Shown one piece after another: positions 24,379 through 34,509 of a stretch of 54,650 bases of DNA (position 1 is its first letter; each line of letters opens with the position of its first letter). Source of the stretch: Methanosarcinales archaeon (GTDB taxonomy: Archaea > Halobacteriota > Syntropharchaeia > Alkanophagales > Methanospirareceae); assembly GCA_030611045.1 (NCBI GenBank), contig JAUWQN010000002.1:1-54650 (forward strand), in the 5' to 3' direction. The position numbers and the translations under genes are program-made. Under the pieces are notes generated by a model. The model saw only the letters and a program-made list of their open reading frames with translations. It was not told the origin of the DNA and searched no databases.

Positions 24379-24452
24379 CACGCCATCTACGGAACGGACG
24401 AAGTGCAGTAGATAGAAATTGGACGGAAGAAATTATTCCCACTTTTTTCTTA

Positions 24453-24800
24453 GAGAATTTTGAAAACCCCCCTGGGTATACAACTTTTTATATGTCCATA
24501 CATATAATTATGTATTATGAAAACTTTAATGGGCCTCTGGCAGAAGGAGGCGTACAAGCGAGTGGAACAGCTTGGCGATCGGCTGGCGGAGATTAAATCG
24601 CTGATTGATTGGGAAGCGTTTCGCCCGATAGTGGGTGATATGTACGATAACAGGAGCGAACGAGGCGGCAGACCAAAAATCGATGAGGTGGGAAATTAGC
24701 CTGTTTGGGAGCGAAAAAGTCGCAAAATGAGTGTCAAACGTGAAAATATGAACAAAATGTTTTACCTATTTCTTAAAAACCAAAGTTAATCAAAATTCTC
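24453..24800 (+). mobile_element. Internally deleted IS5-family element retaining both TIRs
   Basis: Perfect 11-bp inverted repeat GAGAATTTTGA (24453) / TCAAAATTCTC (24790); encloses a transposase N-terminus 24517-24699 (DRLAEIKSLIDWEAFRP...GGRP). Confidence 0.75.
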
Positions 24801-24829
24801 CTAACTTAAACGTGGTGAGGTAAATAAAA

Positions 24830-27159
24830 ATGGCCCAAAACTCTCCAAACCCAAAAGAGCCCCTAACCATTTTAACCACCGTGTTCAATCACCAATCTTT
24901 TCGGTCAAAGCAAAAAGAGATAATTGACAATGTTTTATCTCAAAAGAACACGCTTGCTATTTTACCCACGGGAGCCGGAAAGTCCCTATGTTTTCAAATA
25001 CCTGCATTGATATTTGATGGTCTGACAGTTGTTGTAAGTCCGTTAATCGCATTGATGAAAGACCAGGTGGACAATCTGGAGAAGAAAGGTGTACTTGACG
25101 TGGCGTATATCAATTCCATGCGGGATTCGAGTTCAAAAGAGCGCATCTACAAGCAATTAAAAGAATCAAAATTGAAGATGTTGTATGTCGCTCCGGAAAC
25201 ATTCGTAGATAACAAATTGATGAGTATATTGAAGTCGTGTAACATCAGCTTGATAGCAATTGACGAAGTGCATTGCATTTCTATCTGGGGTCATAACTTC
25301 AGACCAGATTATTTACGACTGCGACAGGTGATAATGGCATTAAGCACTCCACCCCCACCTATCCTTGGATTGACTGCTACAGCCACTGAAAAAGTCGAAG
25401 AGGACATACAAAGACAATTGGACGTCGAATGTGATGTATTTAAAGACCGTTTTGACAGGAAAAATCTGTTATTTTCCGTGCTCACTTTGAAAAGTAATAT
25501 CAAAAAAGAAGAACTCCTTAAAGGCTTATTAGAAAGACTTAAAGGTTCGACTATTGTCTACGTCAATTTTATAAGGACAGCAGAGGAACTGGCCACATAT
25601 TTAGCCCGTGAGGGGTTGAGTGCATCCTATTACCACGGTCAAATAGAGGATAAGGAGAAAAGAAGGGAGATTCAAAATGATTTTATAAGCGGGAGAACGA
25701 GAATCGTGGTTGCTACAAATGCATTCGGGATGGGCATTGATAAAGAGGACATAAGGGCAATAATCCATTACAACTTGCCCAAATCAATCGAGAATTATTA
25801 TCAGGAGGTGGGTCGTGCCGGGCGAGATCAAAATATCTCGAATTGCATTTTGCTCTACTCTGAAGGAGATGAGATAAAAATAAGAAAACTGATTGAACGA
25901 ACTACCCCTACTGTTAAACAAATTAAAGCGGTGCTTGATTTGTTGGTGGCAGAGAAGGGTGAGGGGAAATTAATTCATGTAAATATAAAGCGGTTGGCAA
26001 ACGATTTGAAGTTGGATGAAGTTCCCATCAGATTGATTTTATATCACCTTGAGAGGTTTGGTGCGATAAAAACATCTTTTAAGATTTTCAAGCGCGCGAA
26101 AATAAGATTGATTGACTCTAAAGTTGAATCAAGCGAATATGGGCAGGAAACAGAGGGGATAATCAGGAGTGAGTATTTCAAAGAGAATTTAAACGGCTGG
26201 ATGGATTTGGAAGAGCTGAGCAATTCTGTTCAAATATCTATTCAGAAAACAAACAATATTTTGCGGGGATTGAAAGCCGAAGGAAAGATAGAACTTATAG
26301 AAAGAGATGTTTGCACGCCGATAAAAATTAATCATGAGATAAACGAGATTGGTGCAGGTAAAATTCATGATATCTTTTGGAGGTTGGAAGAAAGTAGCAT
26401 GAATAAGATCGGTAAAGTGGTGGAATATGCGCGAAGCGAAGAGTGCAAAAGGAAGTTTGTTCTGAATTATTTCGGTGAAGAGTATAATGGAGAGTGCAAT
26501 GCGTGCAGTGTTTGCAATCCGTTTTTGAAAATTGGCGAAGGTATCAAAGCAAAAGAGGAACTTGAAGACAGTTTAAGAGATAAGTCGGACAAATCCACTA
26601 AAATTGCCCCCAATATTTTCGAGTTGCTGAAAGATTTGGATTTTCATCCGGGCAGAACGTTTTTAGCCAATATATTGCGGGGTTCGAAATCAAAGCAGAT
26701 AATAAATCAAAATCTTCAAGAATCAAGGTACTACGGTATCCTAAAAGATTGTACGGCAGATGAAGTGATTGATATTATTGACCAGTTGATAGAGAAAGGA
26801 TATTTGATAAAAAAGCAGGGCAGTTCAAATTTCCCAAGACCTTTGTTATATCTTACAGAATTGGCAGAAAAGGCGTTGGAAGAAAAAATACCTGTCGATT
26901 TGCGGTTGCCTGCGAAAAAGAAGATTAGTGAAACTAAGAATTTGAGCGTGCTTGACGAGACGAGTTGAAGAAGTGGCGAAAAAATGTCGCTTCTGAGGGA
27001 AATATCCCCGCGTTCTGCGTCTTTCACGATAGCACGTTAATAGATATAGCTAATCAATTACCGAAGACAAAGAAGGAGTTGGAGGGGATTAAAGGAATAG
27101 GTGAAAAGAAGATTGAATCTTATGGTGATGAAATATTAAAAATTATAGGTAATAGGTAA
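24830..27159 (+). pseudogene. recQ: RecQ DNA helicase, frameshifted before the HRDC domain (core ORF 24830-26968; HRDC 26965-27159)
   Basis: PTGAGKS, IDEVHC, WGHNFRPDY, QEVGRAGRD, zinc-binding and RQC regions; HRDC (WRK..A....PAF.VFHDSTL) lies in another frame after GACGA-GACGA. Confidence 0.85.
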
Positions 27160-27164
27160 GTATA

Positions 27165-27842
27165 ATGTCTTCGAACTCCAAATCTAAAACGAAGAAACAA
27201 CAAATGAGGACGGTTGGAATTTTGAGAAAATAGTTAAAGAAGGTGGCTGGGATTATTTTATAAAGGGCAAGAAGTTGTTCTCAAAATATAGAGATGATTT
27301 CTCTCCTGAGCATGTAAAAGAAATTGAAACGAGTTTTAGAAAAGCAATAGAGTTAAATCCAAGATTATGGGCGCCACATTATTATTTAGGTGAATTATTT
27401 TATTTAAGAGAGCGATATTCTGAGGCAAAAATAGAATTTGAGATAGCCCTTGAGAAGAATATTGAACAATGAGTACGGAGAGGAATGGTGGTGGGAAGGA
27501 GTTCCAAGTGATGTGAGGGAGAAATATGGAGAAATAGTTCAAGAAACTCGTTTAAAAGAGGAAAGGAAACTGCCAGAATTGTACTTTATTGATTTTTATG
27601 ATTATGGAAAGATTATCGAAGCAAAACCTAATAAACGAGTATTCCGTTCTTATATGGGAAATCCTAAAGAGTGGAAGAAGAGATTAGACGATTTGGAACC
27701 AATTCGTAATACGATAACGATAATGCATTGCAGAAGTCAATATCTCGCTGAGGAAACAATATCAAGACTGAAAGAAAGTTGTGTTGAACTACAAAAATTG
27801 GTGGAGATAGTTAATAAAATATCCAAACAATTTTTATCTTAA
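27165..27842 (+). pseudogene. TPR plus Swt1-like HEPN protein, fragmented
   Basis: TPR (FRKAIELNP..APHYYLG) then, after a frame change, EYGEEWW...YFIDFYDYGKII...IRN..MH Swt1-HEPN-like segment. Confidence 0.6.
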
Positions 27843-27961
27843 AGCGGAAGATACATCGCAAAGCGGTCCTCTCCATTATAAAGCCACGAAAAACAAACCT
27901 CCGCTTAAACGAAAGACTTACTTTTTATCTTCTCCCCACCACCATAATATTATTAACAAAA

Positions 27962-29524
27962 ATGCACTGGTCTTTAGCAATCGCACAGGACATCGTAGAG
28001 AAACGGAAAGAGAAAAAGCATGTTGTTGCTACTGGCATTACACCTTCGGGTGACATTCATGTGGGTAACCTGCGAGAGATAATAACGGGAGATGTAGTGT
28101 ACTCCGCGCTCATAGATATGGGCGTGGACGCGCGACTCATTTATATTGCAGACACGTTTGACCCACTCAGGAGAAGATACCCGTTCCTGCCTCCAGAATA
28201 CGAAGCGCACGTAGGCAAACCATTATCAGAGATACCTGACCCCGAAGGAGGTCGCTCATCCTATGCGGACCACTTTGTACAGCCGTTCCTCGATTCTCTG
28301 GACAATTTAGGCATACAAATCGAAGTTTTTAGAGCGGATGTGCTGTACAAGTCCGGGCTGTACGTGGACGTGATAAAGGAAGCGCTATCGAGAAAGGAAG
28401 AGTTGTCAAGGATCATAGCGGATGTTTCTGGCAGGGAACTGCCAGAAGAATGGACGCCGTTCAACCCTCTCTGTGACGCGTGTGGCAGAATCACAGCCGC
28501 AATGGTAAAGGGCTACGATGTAGATAAGGAGGAAGTGTATTACGAGTGTGAATGTGGGAACAAGGGTGTGGCTTCGTTTAAAGGCGGTGGTAAATTGGCG
28601 TGGCGAGTGGACTGGGCAGCGCGATGGAAAATCCTCGGCGTCACCATCGAGCCGTTTGGCAAAGATCACGCCTCCCCTGGTGGCTCCTTTGACACGGGCA
28701 CGCGGATATCCGAAGGGATATACAATTACCCCGCGCCGTATCCTATCCCCTTTGAGCATATTCTCTTAAAGCTGAGTAAAGAAGGGACGAAGGCGAAAGT
28801 TACCGCTATGTCCTCATCTCGAGGGACCAATATTCCGGTGCATGAGATGTTAGAGGCAGTGCCGCCCGAAATTTTAAAGCATGTCATATCGAGGGTGAGG
28901 CCAGAAAAGCATATTGCCTTCAATCCTTCGTTACCGTTACTCAACTTGGTAGATGAATATGAGCGTGAGATCGGTGGTATAGGGGGCGGTATTGCGGGGA
29001 AAATCCCGTTCAGGCATCTTATCACCCTTGTGCAAGTTGCACCTGTCGGTTCGGAGGAGTTTCTCAAGGTTATTAAAAGAAGCGGATATGCAGTTAATGA
29101 AGAGAACGAAGAAGAACTAAAGGAGATAAGGAAGAAAGCACGGTATGCAGAGAATTGGCTGCGGACCTATGCGCCTCCGCACGTAAAGTTCGAAGTGCAA
29201 TCAGCGTTACCGGCAGAGGAACTAAAAAACTTGTCTGAGTCGCAAAAAAACGCGTTGAAGCTCTTGGAACAGAAATTACCTTTGCGTATGTCCACAACCC
29301 GTGGAATGTTATCCGCGGCGATGCTCGAGAACTTAAGTGCTGAAGATTGGCATAATAAAATCTACGAAGTTGCATCCACACTCAACGTGGACGTGAAGGA
29401 TGTGTTCAGAGCGATTTATATCGCATTATTGGGGCAGCCATCGGGACCTCGTGCAGGTTGGCTACTCGGTTCTTTGGGCCCAAATTTTTTAAGAAAGCGG
29501 TTTGAAGAGGTGGGAGAACTGTAA
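27962..29524 (+). CDS. lysS: Lysine--tRNA ligase, class I
   Basis: TGITPSGDIHVGN, EPFGKDH, MSSSRG, GPRAG. Confidence 0.96.
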   Translation: MHWSLAIAQDIVEKRKEKKHVVATGITPSGDIHVGNLREIITGDVVYSALIDMGVDARLIYIADTFDPLRRRYPFLPPEYEAHVGKPLSEIPDPEGGRSSYADHFVQPFLDSLDNLGIQIEVFRADVLYKSGLYVDVIKEALSRKEELSRIIADVSGRELPEEWTPFNPLCDACGRITAAMVKGYDVDKEEVYYECECGNKGVASFKGGGKLAWRVDWAARWKILGVTIEPFGKDHASPGGSFDTGTRISEGIYNYPAPYPIPFEHILLKLSKEGTKAKVTAMSSSRGTNIPVHEMLEAVPPEILKHVISRVRPEKHIAFNPSLPLLNLVDEYEREIGGIGGGIAGKIPFRHLITLVQVAPVGSEEFLKVIKRSGYAVNEENEEELKEIRKKARYAENWLRTYAPPHVKFEVQSALPAEELKNLSESQKNALKLLEQKLPLRMSTTRGMLSAAMLENLSAEDWHNKIYEVASTLNVDVKDVFRAIYIALLGQPSGPRAGWLLGSLGPNFLRKRFEEVGEL

Positions 29525-29563
29525 AAACTATTTTCTCACAGATTCACCCATTTCTTACGGGGA

Positions 29564-29731
29564 TTAAAATGCGCTTCGTAATGCGTCTATCCAATAACGT
29601 ACGAAACCACCGATAAAACTCCCTATTTGACTCGCAGACATATCCTCTGGAATAGGCGCATTACCAGAAAGAATGGGCAGCAGGAAGAAAAGTGCAATCA
29701 CCACCACTACGATTATCGCCGCTATTTTCAC
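29564..29731 (-). CDS. Small membrane-anchored protein, 55 aa (absent from ORF track)
   Basis: GTG start with AGGAGGTGA SD; MKIAAIIVVVVIALFFLLPILSGNAPIPEDMSASQIGSFIGGFVRYWIDALRSAF. Confidence 0.7.
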   Translation of the reverse strand: MKIAAIIVVVVIALFFLLPILSGNAPIPEDMSASQIGSFIGGFVRYWIDALRSAF

Positions 29732-29847
29732 CTTTCTGTTTCACCTCCTTTTACTTCTTTTACACAACAGAATAAAGTCATCCTCCATTCGTATCCTCAT
29801 TCTTTTTTATTATAATAAAAAGCTATCAGGGGCAACCGTGAATTTAA

Positions 29848-30516
29848 CTATAGTCCCTTGGAGTTGACATTGCTTGCCTCGCTATTGGCAGTTTTAACGA
29901 ATAAAAGCGGAAAAATTATGTCGCTTAGACAGCACGGAAGCCAGACTGCGAGGAATAAAAACACCCCTATAAAGAAGAGAATAATCCAATTTACCGTCGT
30001 ACCCAATGCCATAATTATATGGAATGCCGATGCCCAGGTGCTCAGCAACACGTGTCCGGCATGTGGGAACCTGGTTGCAGGTCTCCAGTAAGCGATTGCA
30101 ATACCAAGAAAGGCAAGCGGGTTTACAAGCCACCACTTCTCGATAAAACCTATATGTAGTCCGGGATTGGGTAACTGAAGTAAGATTTCCCCCGCATAGG
30201 GAACGAGTGAATCGCTTATCGTCGCTATGCCGATGGCGCCGATGTAACCGATTAAAATTACCGACACGCCTTTGCCTTTATGTAGCCTGTACATCCCCGC
30301 AGTAACGAGCGCACTCAACACGACATGCATCGGATGAAGGGTATAGAAAATCGTTTCCGCAACATTGTGAGGGAGGCGAACCGCAAAAAACACGATAACA
30401 ATTCCGGTAATGGCGCCGAAAGCTGTGAACGGCGCATGCCTTATTAACTCCTGGGTAATGAGCTTCGATGTGTTGTTATGTTCCTGCGTTCCGAACGCAT
30501 CATCACTATGCCCCAT
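29848..30516 (-). CDS. Uncharacterised His/Cys-rich membrane protein, candidate metal transporter
   Basis: About 6 TM segments with HAPFT, HPMH, PHAGH and PCCLSD motifs; divergent from nikR. Confidence 0.75.
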   Translation of the reverse strand: MGHSDDAFGTQEHNNTSKLITQELIRHAPFTAFGAITGIVIVFFAVRLPHNVAETIFYTLHPMHVVLSALVTAGMYRLHKGKGVSVILIGYIGAIGIATISDSLVPYAGEILLQLPNPGLHIGFIEKWWLVNPLAFLGIAIAYWRPATRFPHAGHVLLSTWASAFHIIMALGTTVNWIILFFIGVFLFLAVWLPCCLSDIIFPLLFVKTANSEASNVNSKGL

Positions 30517-30567
30517 CTACCTCAACTCTCCTGATTTTCTGATTCCACTATACCATACTTCTAAGGA

Positions 30568-30596
30568 TTATTAACATTTAAATGATTTGTTATTAT
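30568..30596. promoter_or_regulatory. Candidate NikR-family operator
   Basis: TAACA-N11-TGTTA palindrome (30572-30592) in the divergent promoter region. Confidence 0.45.
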
Positions 30597-30650
30597 ATTT
30601 CATGGGGGTATTTTAAAACCTGTTATTAAAACATATTTGGGAGGAGGGAA

Positions 30651-31034
30651 ATGACAATCATCAGCGTTTCGTTGAACGATGGACTGTTAGAGGAGATAGA
30701 TCAGCTACAAAAAGAACTCGGGTTCTCCGGACGGTCAGAAGTGATAAGAGCAGGCGCACGAATGCTTATTGCGGATAGCAAAGAGAAGGAGAGGTTGGAA
30801 GGCAGGTTGAATTCCGTGCTCTTGCTCATTCATACGCAGAAGGTGGAGGATACGGTGACTGCAATCAAGCACGGTTTTGAGGATATCATAAGCACGCAGA
30901 TTCACAACCATCTGCGAGGGGATAAATGCCTCGAAGTGTTCATTTTGGTGGGTGACGCTGCTCGGATAAAGGAATTGGTTAGATTGTTTCAGACCACCGG
31001 AAAAATGGATTACGTGAAGTTGATTGTGGCTTGA
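30651..31034 (+). CDS. nikR: NikR-family ribbon-helix-helix metal-responsive regulator
   Basis: IISVSL...GRSEVIR RHH domain; metal ligands H...HNH.....C retained. Confidence 0.85.
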   Translation: MTIISVSLNDGLLEEIDQLQKELGFSGRSEVIRAGARMLIADSKEKERLEGRLNSVLLLIHTQKVEDTVTAIKHGFEDIISTQIHNHLRGDKCLEVFILVGDAARIKELVRLFQTTGKMDYVKLIVA

Positions 31035-31126
31035 CACTTTATCTTTTTAGAAAAAGAAAACCTGTGCCAAAATTCTCCTTCTAAAAAAGGCTTTACCGAA
31101 AAAAGCGCACGCATCAAACTTTAGAA
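31035..31126. repeat. Composite copy of the AT-rich repeat family
   Basis: 31035-31072 matches 3733-3771; 31086-31126 (AAAGGCTTTACCGAAA...GCATCAAACTTTAGAA) matches 41996-42036. Confidence 0.75.
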
Positions 31127-31263
31127 TTGTCTGATCAAAAAGTTTCGCATAATGCTGTCATATCCTATATTTTTCCATCGAAGAATGGAAAAGTTTTTAT
31201 ATGCCCAACGCATATTGAAACTTGGGTTACAGACTCCGTGCTTATTTCAGGTTCTGTACTTAA

Positions 31264-31370
31264 GAGGCTGTCTCGCAATTCGAAATCACAACAAAAAGAA
31301 GCCCAAATAGGGTTTTATATTGGGAAATAAGCATTCTATTTCCCAAAATATCTAATTATGGGACAAGCTC
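31264..31370. mobile_element. MITE-like element, about 107 bp
   Basis: Imperfect 17-bp TIRs GAGGCTGTCTCGCAATT / AATTATGGGACAAGCTC; flanks TTAA / TTCA; internal perfect 10-bp hairpin at 31320-31346. Confidence 0.55.
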
Positions 31371-31467
31371 TTCAGAGCGGGGTGGAGAGGTTGGGGCTGC
31401 ATTATAATGTTGTAGAGAATGGAAGAAATGGAAAGCAGGATTTCGGTGATGCTAATGACTATTCCTC

Positions 31468-32556
31468 TTATTTTTCAATCATTGCATCAATCCCGATTAT
31501 ATATGCGTAAGGCGCATAGGGCTTCACTTTCCGTGCGTCCCGTATCTCTACTGAATAGGACCGAAACTCTTCATCCAATTCTTGTACTTTCGCAATCAAT
31601 TTCTCTTTCGCTTGCGTTATTGCTCGTTCAAGCGCATCATGCTTCTCCTCACCTTCTTCAGGGTAAGCGAATTCCAGATCGTAGAAATGAAGTATCCCGC
31701 CGTGGGGTTTGAGCATGCTCAAAGCTTCTTGGAGGAACAAATACGCGCTTTTCGGGAGGTTCATGATTATCCGGTCTGCCGTGTTCCTAAACTTCTCGTA
31801 AATTTCGCTTATATCACCTTCTATCGCGTCTATGTTATTTACTCCATTCCGCTTCATATTTTCCCGGAGATACAATATCGCATCGGGATTGATGTCAATT
31901 GCCGTCACGTGACTTTGTGGTGCTCGTATCGCAACTTGTATGGAGAATGCGCCAACACCTGCGAACATGTCTAATACCTCCTCCTCTTTTACGCTGCTCC
32001 GTGCAGCCTGTGCGGCTACTTTATTTCGTTCTCCCGCCAACCGCGGATTGAAATAAACCTTTTCCAGGTCAAGCTTGTATCTACACCCATTCTCCTTGTG
32101 CATCGTCTCTGTCCTGTTCTCGCCTGCGATGATCTCCAGCTTTCGTGTTCTGAATACGCCTTCTACGGCAGAAATCCGTTTTGCTACTACTTTGATATTT
32201 TTATGCCTGTTCATCAGTGCATGCGCTACAAGCTGCTCTTTCCTATTGTCTATCGCCTCCGTTAGCACTGCAATGTCACCTATTACTTCGTAAGATGGCT
32301 TGAATCCAACTATAGCTTCTATGCTCTTTCTCCGTTCTAAAATAGTAAAATCCAGCGTTAAAAGTTCAACGTCGCCTATTTCTCTTATCTCTGCATCGGT
32401 TAACGTTCGTATGAGTGGTAAATAAATGAACGTTTCGTCTGAGGTTATTTTAGCGTCAGTTCTCAGCAGTTTGAATTCCTTCAACGTTTGCCGGATTTCT
32501 TCACCTCTGCTCTTATCTGCTTTTACACACGGTAAACGCTCTGTCTCTGCTATCAT
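31468..32556 (-). CDS. trm5: Trm5/TYW2-family tRNA methyltransferase
   Basis: YEVIGDIA, HKENGC, VYFNPRL, DMFAGVG, IIMNLP. Confidence 0.85.
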   Translation of the reverse strand: MIAETERLPCVKADKSRGEEIRQTLKEFKLLRTDAKITSDETFIYLPLIRTLTDAEIREIGDVELLTLDFTILERRKSIEAIVGFKPSYEVIGDIAVLTEAIDNRKEQLVAHALMNRHKNIKVVAKRISAVEGVFRTRKLEIIAGENRTETMHKENGCRYKLDLEKVYFNPRLAGERNKVAAQAARSSVKEEEVLDMFAGVGAFSIQVAIRAPQSHVTAIDINPDAILYLRENMKRNGVNNIDAIEGDISEIYEKFRNTADRIIMNLPKSAYLFLQEALSMLKPHGGILHFYDLEFAYPEEGEEKHDALERAITQAKEKLIAKVQELDEEFRSYSVEIRDARKVKPYAPYAYIIGIDAMIEK

Positions 32557-32708
32557 GGATTTCTTTATTTGTTCTACTCTTTTGCCGTTAATGTAATATA
32601 ATTTGGTTGGGAGGGTTGATAAGTCAAACATTTTAGAAAAAGGGGCAATCAAAAAAATCTTCGGTTGGGTGCTGGTAAGGGTAGTCTGGTTTCCGATTGT
32701 TTCGTTGG

Positions 32709-33614
32709 TTAAACAATCTTTTCTAAAACGCGTTTGAAAGGCAGCCCTTTCCGGGCACCATATTCACGTATGCAGAACGAAGCCACCGAATTACCGATTT
32801 TACCACTTTCCTGTATGCTCTTCTCGTGTAGCAAGCCATACAGGAATCCTGCGGCGAACGCATCCCCTGCTCCGGTTGTATCCACGACATCTGTCGGATA
32901 GGCAGCGATTACATGCGATTCCCCTGCGGCGTTGGTAACATAACAGCCGCGCGCGCCCAGCGTCACACAGACAATCTGCGCACCTATGTTTAAGAGGGCT
33001 TCAGCGCCTTTTTCATATTTTTTTCCTTGTACCACCGAGGTCAACTCATCAAGGCTGAGAAAAACCACTTCACTTCGCTCTATCACCGCAATCAAATCCT
33101 CAAGCTCGTATTTGAAGCAGAGCATACCAGGGCTAAAACTGAGCTTTGACTTAACGCGTTTCGCCAATTCACGTTGCATCTCCAACTGCTCCTTGTTTAC
33201 AAACGAACTCATATGCAAAAAGCTCGCAGTATTTACAAGCTCTCTATCTATATCATCCATGCAGAGCCGATTATTCACGCCGGGGTAGATATACAGTGCC
33301 CGTTCACCTTGTGCATCCACGAATCCTATTGCAGCGCCCGTATAACCTTCCTCTATTCTTATCTGCGTCTCCACGCCTTCTTTCCTTAAATCTTCCAGAA
33401 TCAGTTCTCCTTCTTCGTCTGTGCCTACCATTCCCACGAAGCCAACCTCAACGCCTAATCTTGATAACGCAACGATGGTATTTGCCGCAGAGCCACCCGG
33501 CACCTTCTGCACATCTAATATTCCGACCTCTTCTCCTCCTCGTGCTATTCGCTCCACAGCATATAGCACATCATAATTCAAGGCGCCTAAGCCAATCACG
33601 TCTTTTTTACTCAT
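32709..33614 (-). CDS. PfkB-family carbohydrate/nucleoside kinase
   Basis: GGSAANT, DTTGAGDAF. Confidence 0.92.
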   Translation of the reverse strand: MSKKDVIGLGALNYDVLYAVERIARGGEEVGILDVQKVPGGSAANTIVALSRLGVEVGFVGMVGTDEEGELILEDLRKEGVETQIRIEEGYTGAAIGFVDAQGERALYIYPGVNNRLCMDDIDRELVNTASFLHMSSFVNKEQLEMQRELAKRVKSKLSFSPGMLCFKYELEDLIAVIERSEVVFLSLDELTSVVQGKKYEKGAEALLNIGAQIVCVTLGARGCYVTNAAGESHVIAAYPTDVVDTTGAGDAFAAGFLYGLLHEKSIQESGKIGNSVASFCIREYGARKGLPFKRVLEKIV

Positions 33615-33726
33615 TTTACGCACGTTTTTTTAAAAGAGGAATTAATCTTTTTCTTTTGTATTAAAAAGTGGTCTGCACTTTTAAAAAGTGTTTTCTTCGT
33701 ATACCTCCTTTTACTAATCAGGTGCC

Positions 33727-34416
33727 ATGCAACGAGAATATGAAAAACATGGATTCTTCAGTTTTTCGAGCAGTAGAAATCGAGAACTGTGTTGCGTGAA
33801 GCACGGGGAATCCGAAATAAACGCGGTATGCAGAGTATTGAACGTATCAAGAAAGGAGATACGTACAAAAGAAGGCGATAAAAAAATCATTCTCCGTGGG
33901 ATCATCGCGGACGACACCGCAAAATTACCCTTTGTCTCGTGGACAGAGCGAGAAGAGCTTGTAAAGGATACGGTAGTGCGGATAGAGAACGCGTCTGTGA
34001 AGAGGTGGAAGGGCTTGCCCGCGCTGTATATAATGGAAAACACGAACGTAAGTGTAATCGAAGATGATATTGGTTTCCCCGGTTATGCTGAGTTGATAAA
34101 GCCTAAAAAGAGAAGTATAGGAGAAATAGTTGGCTGCGAAGGTGCATTTGATGTAATTGTGGAAGGAAATATAATATCAATCTCAGCGGGAGCAACTAAA
34201 AGGACGCTGGTATTAGACGATGGTACGGGTGCAGTATTCATAGAGTTAATAGACAAAGAAAAGGAAGGGCGTATTTATTTCGGAATGCCTGTTAAGGCAA
34301 GAGGTAATGTGGTGGACTCGGAAAAAGGCTATGTGTTGATGGCCGAAGAAGTTAAAATAAGTGGTGAAACGTTTATAATAACTGAGATGAACAACTTTTT
34401 GTGTAAATACACGTGA
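33727..34416 (+). CDS. RPA-like OB-fold ssDNA-binding protein
   Basis: GIIADDTAKLPFVSW and LVLDDGTG OB-fold motifs. Confidence 0.75.
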   Translation: MQREYEKHGFFSFSSSRNRELCCVKHGESEINAVCRVLNVSRKEIRTKEGDKKIILRGIIADDTAKLPFVSWTEREELVKDTVVRIENASVKRWKGLPALYIMENTNVSVIEDDIGFPGYAELIKPKKRSIGEIVGCEGAFDVIVEGNIISISAGATKRTLVLDDGTGAVFIELIDKEKEGRIYFGMPVKARGNVVDSEKGYVLMAEEVKISGETFIITEMNNFLCKYT

Positions 34417-34509
34417 TTTTCTTTCAACAGCAGGTCAACACGCACCCGCTTCATTCCATTCCGGAAGTTATTTATTAAATAAAAAAGAAGCTGGGACATA
34501 GGGGAGGAG

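Noticed and set aside
27841..27907. Possible tiny MITE (AAGCGGAAG ... CCTCCGCTT)
   Set aside because: Only about 9 bp with a mismatch, and no second copy seen
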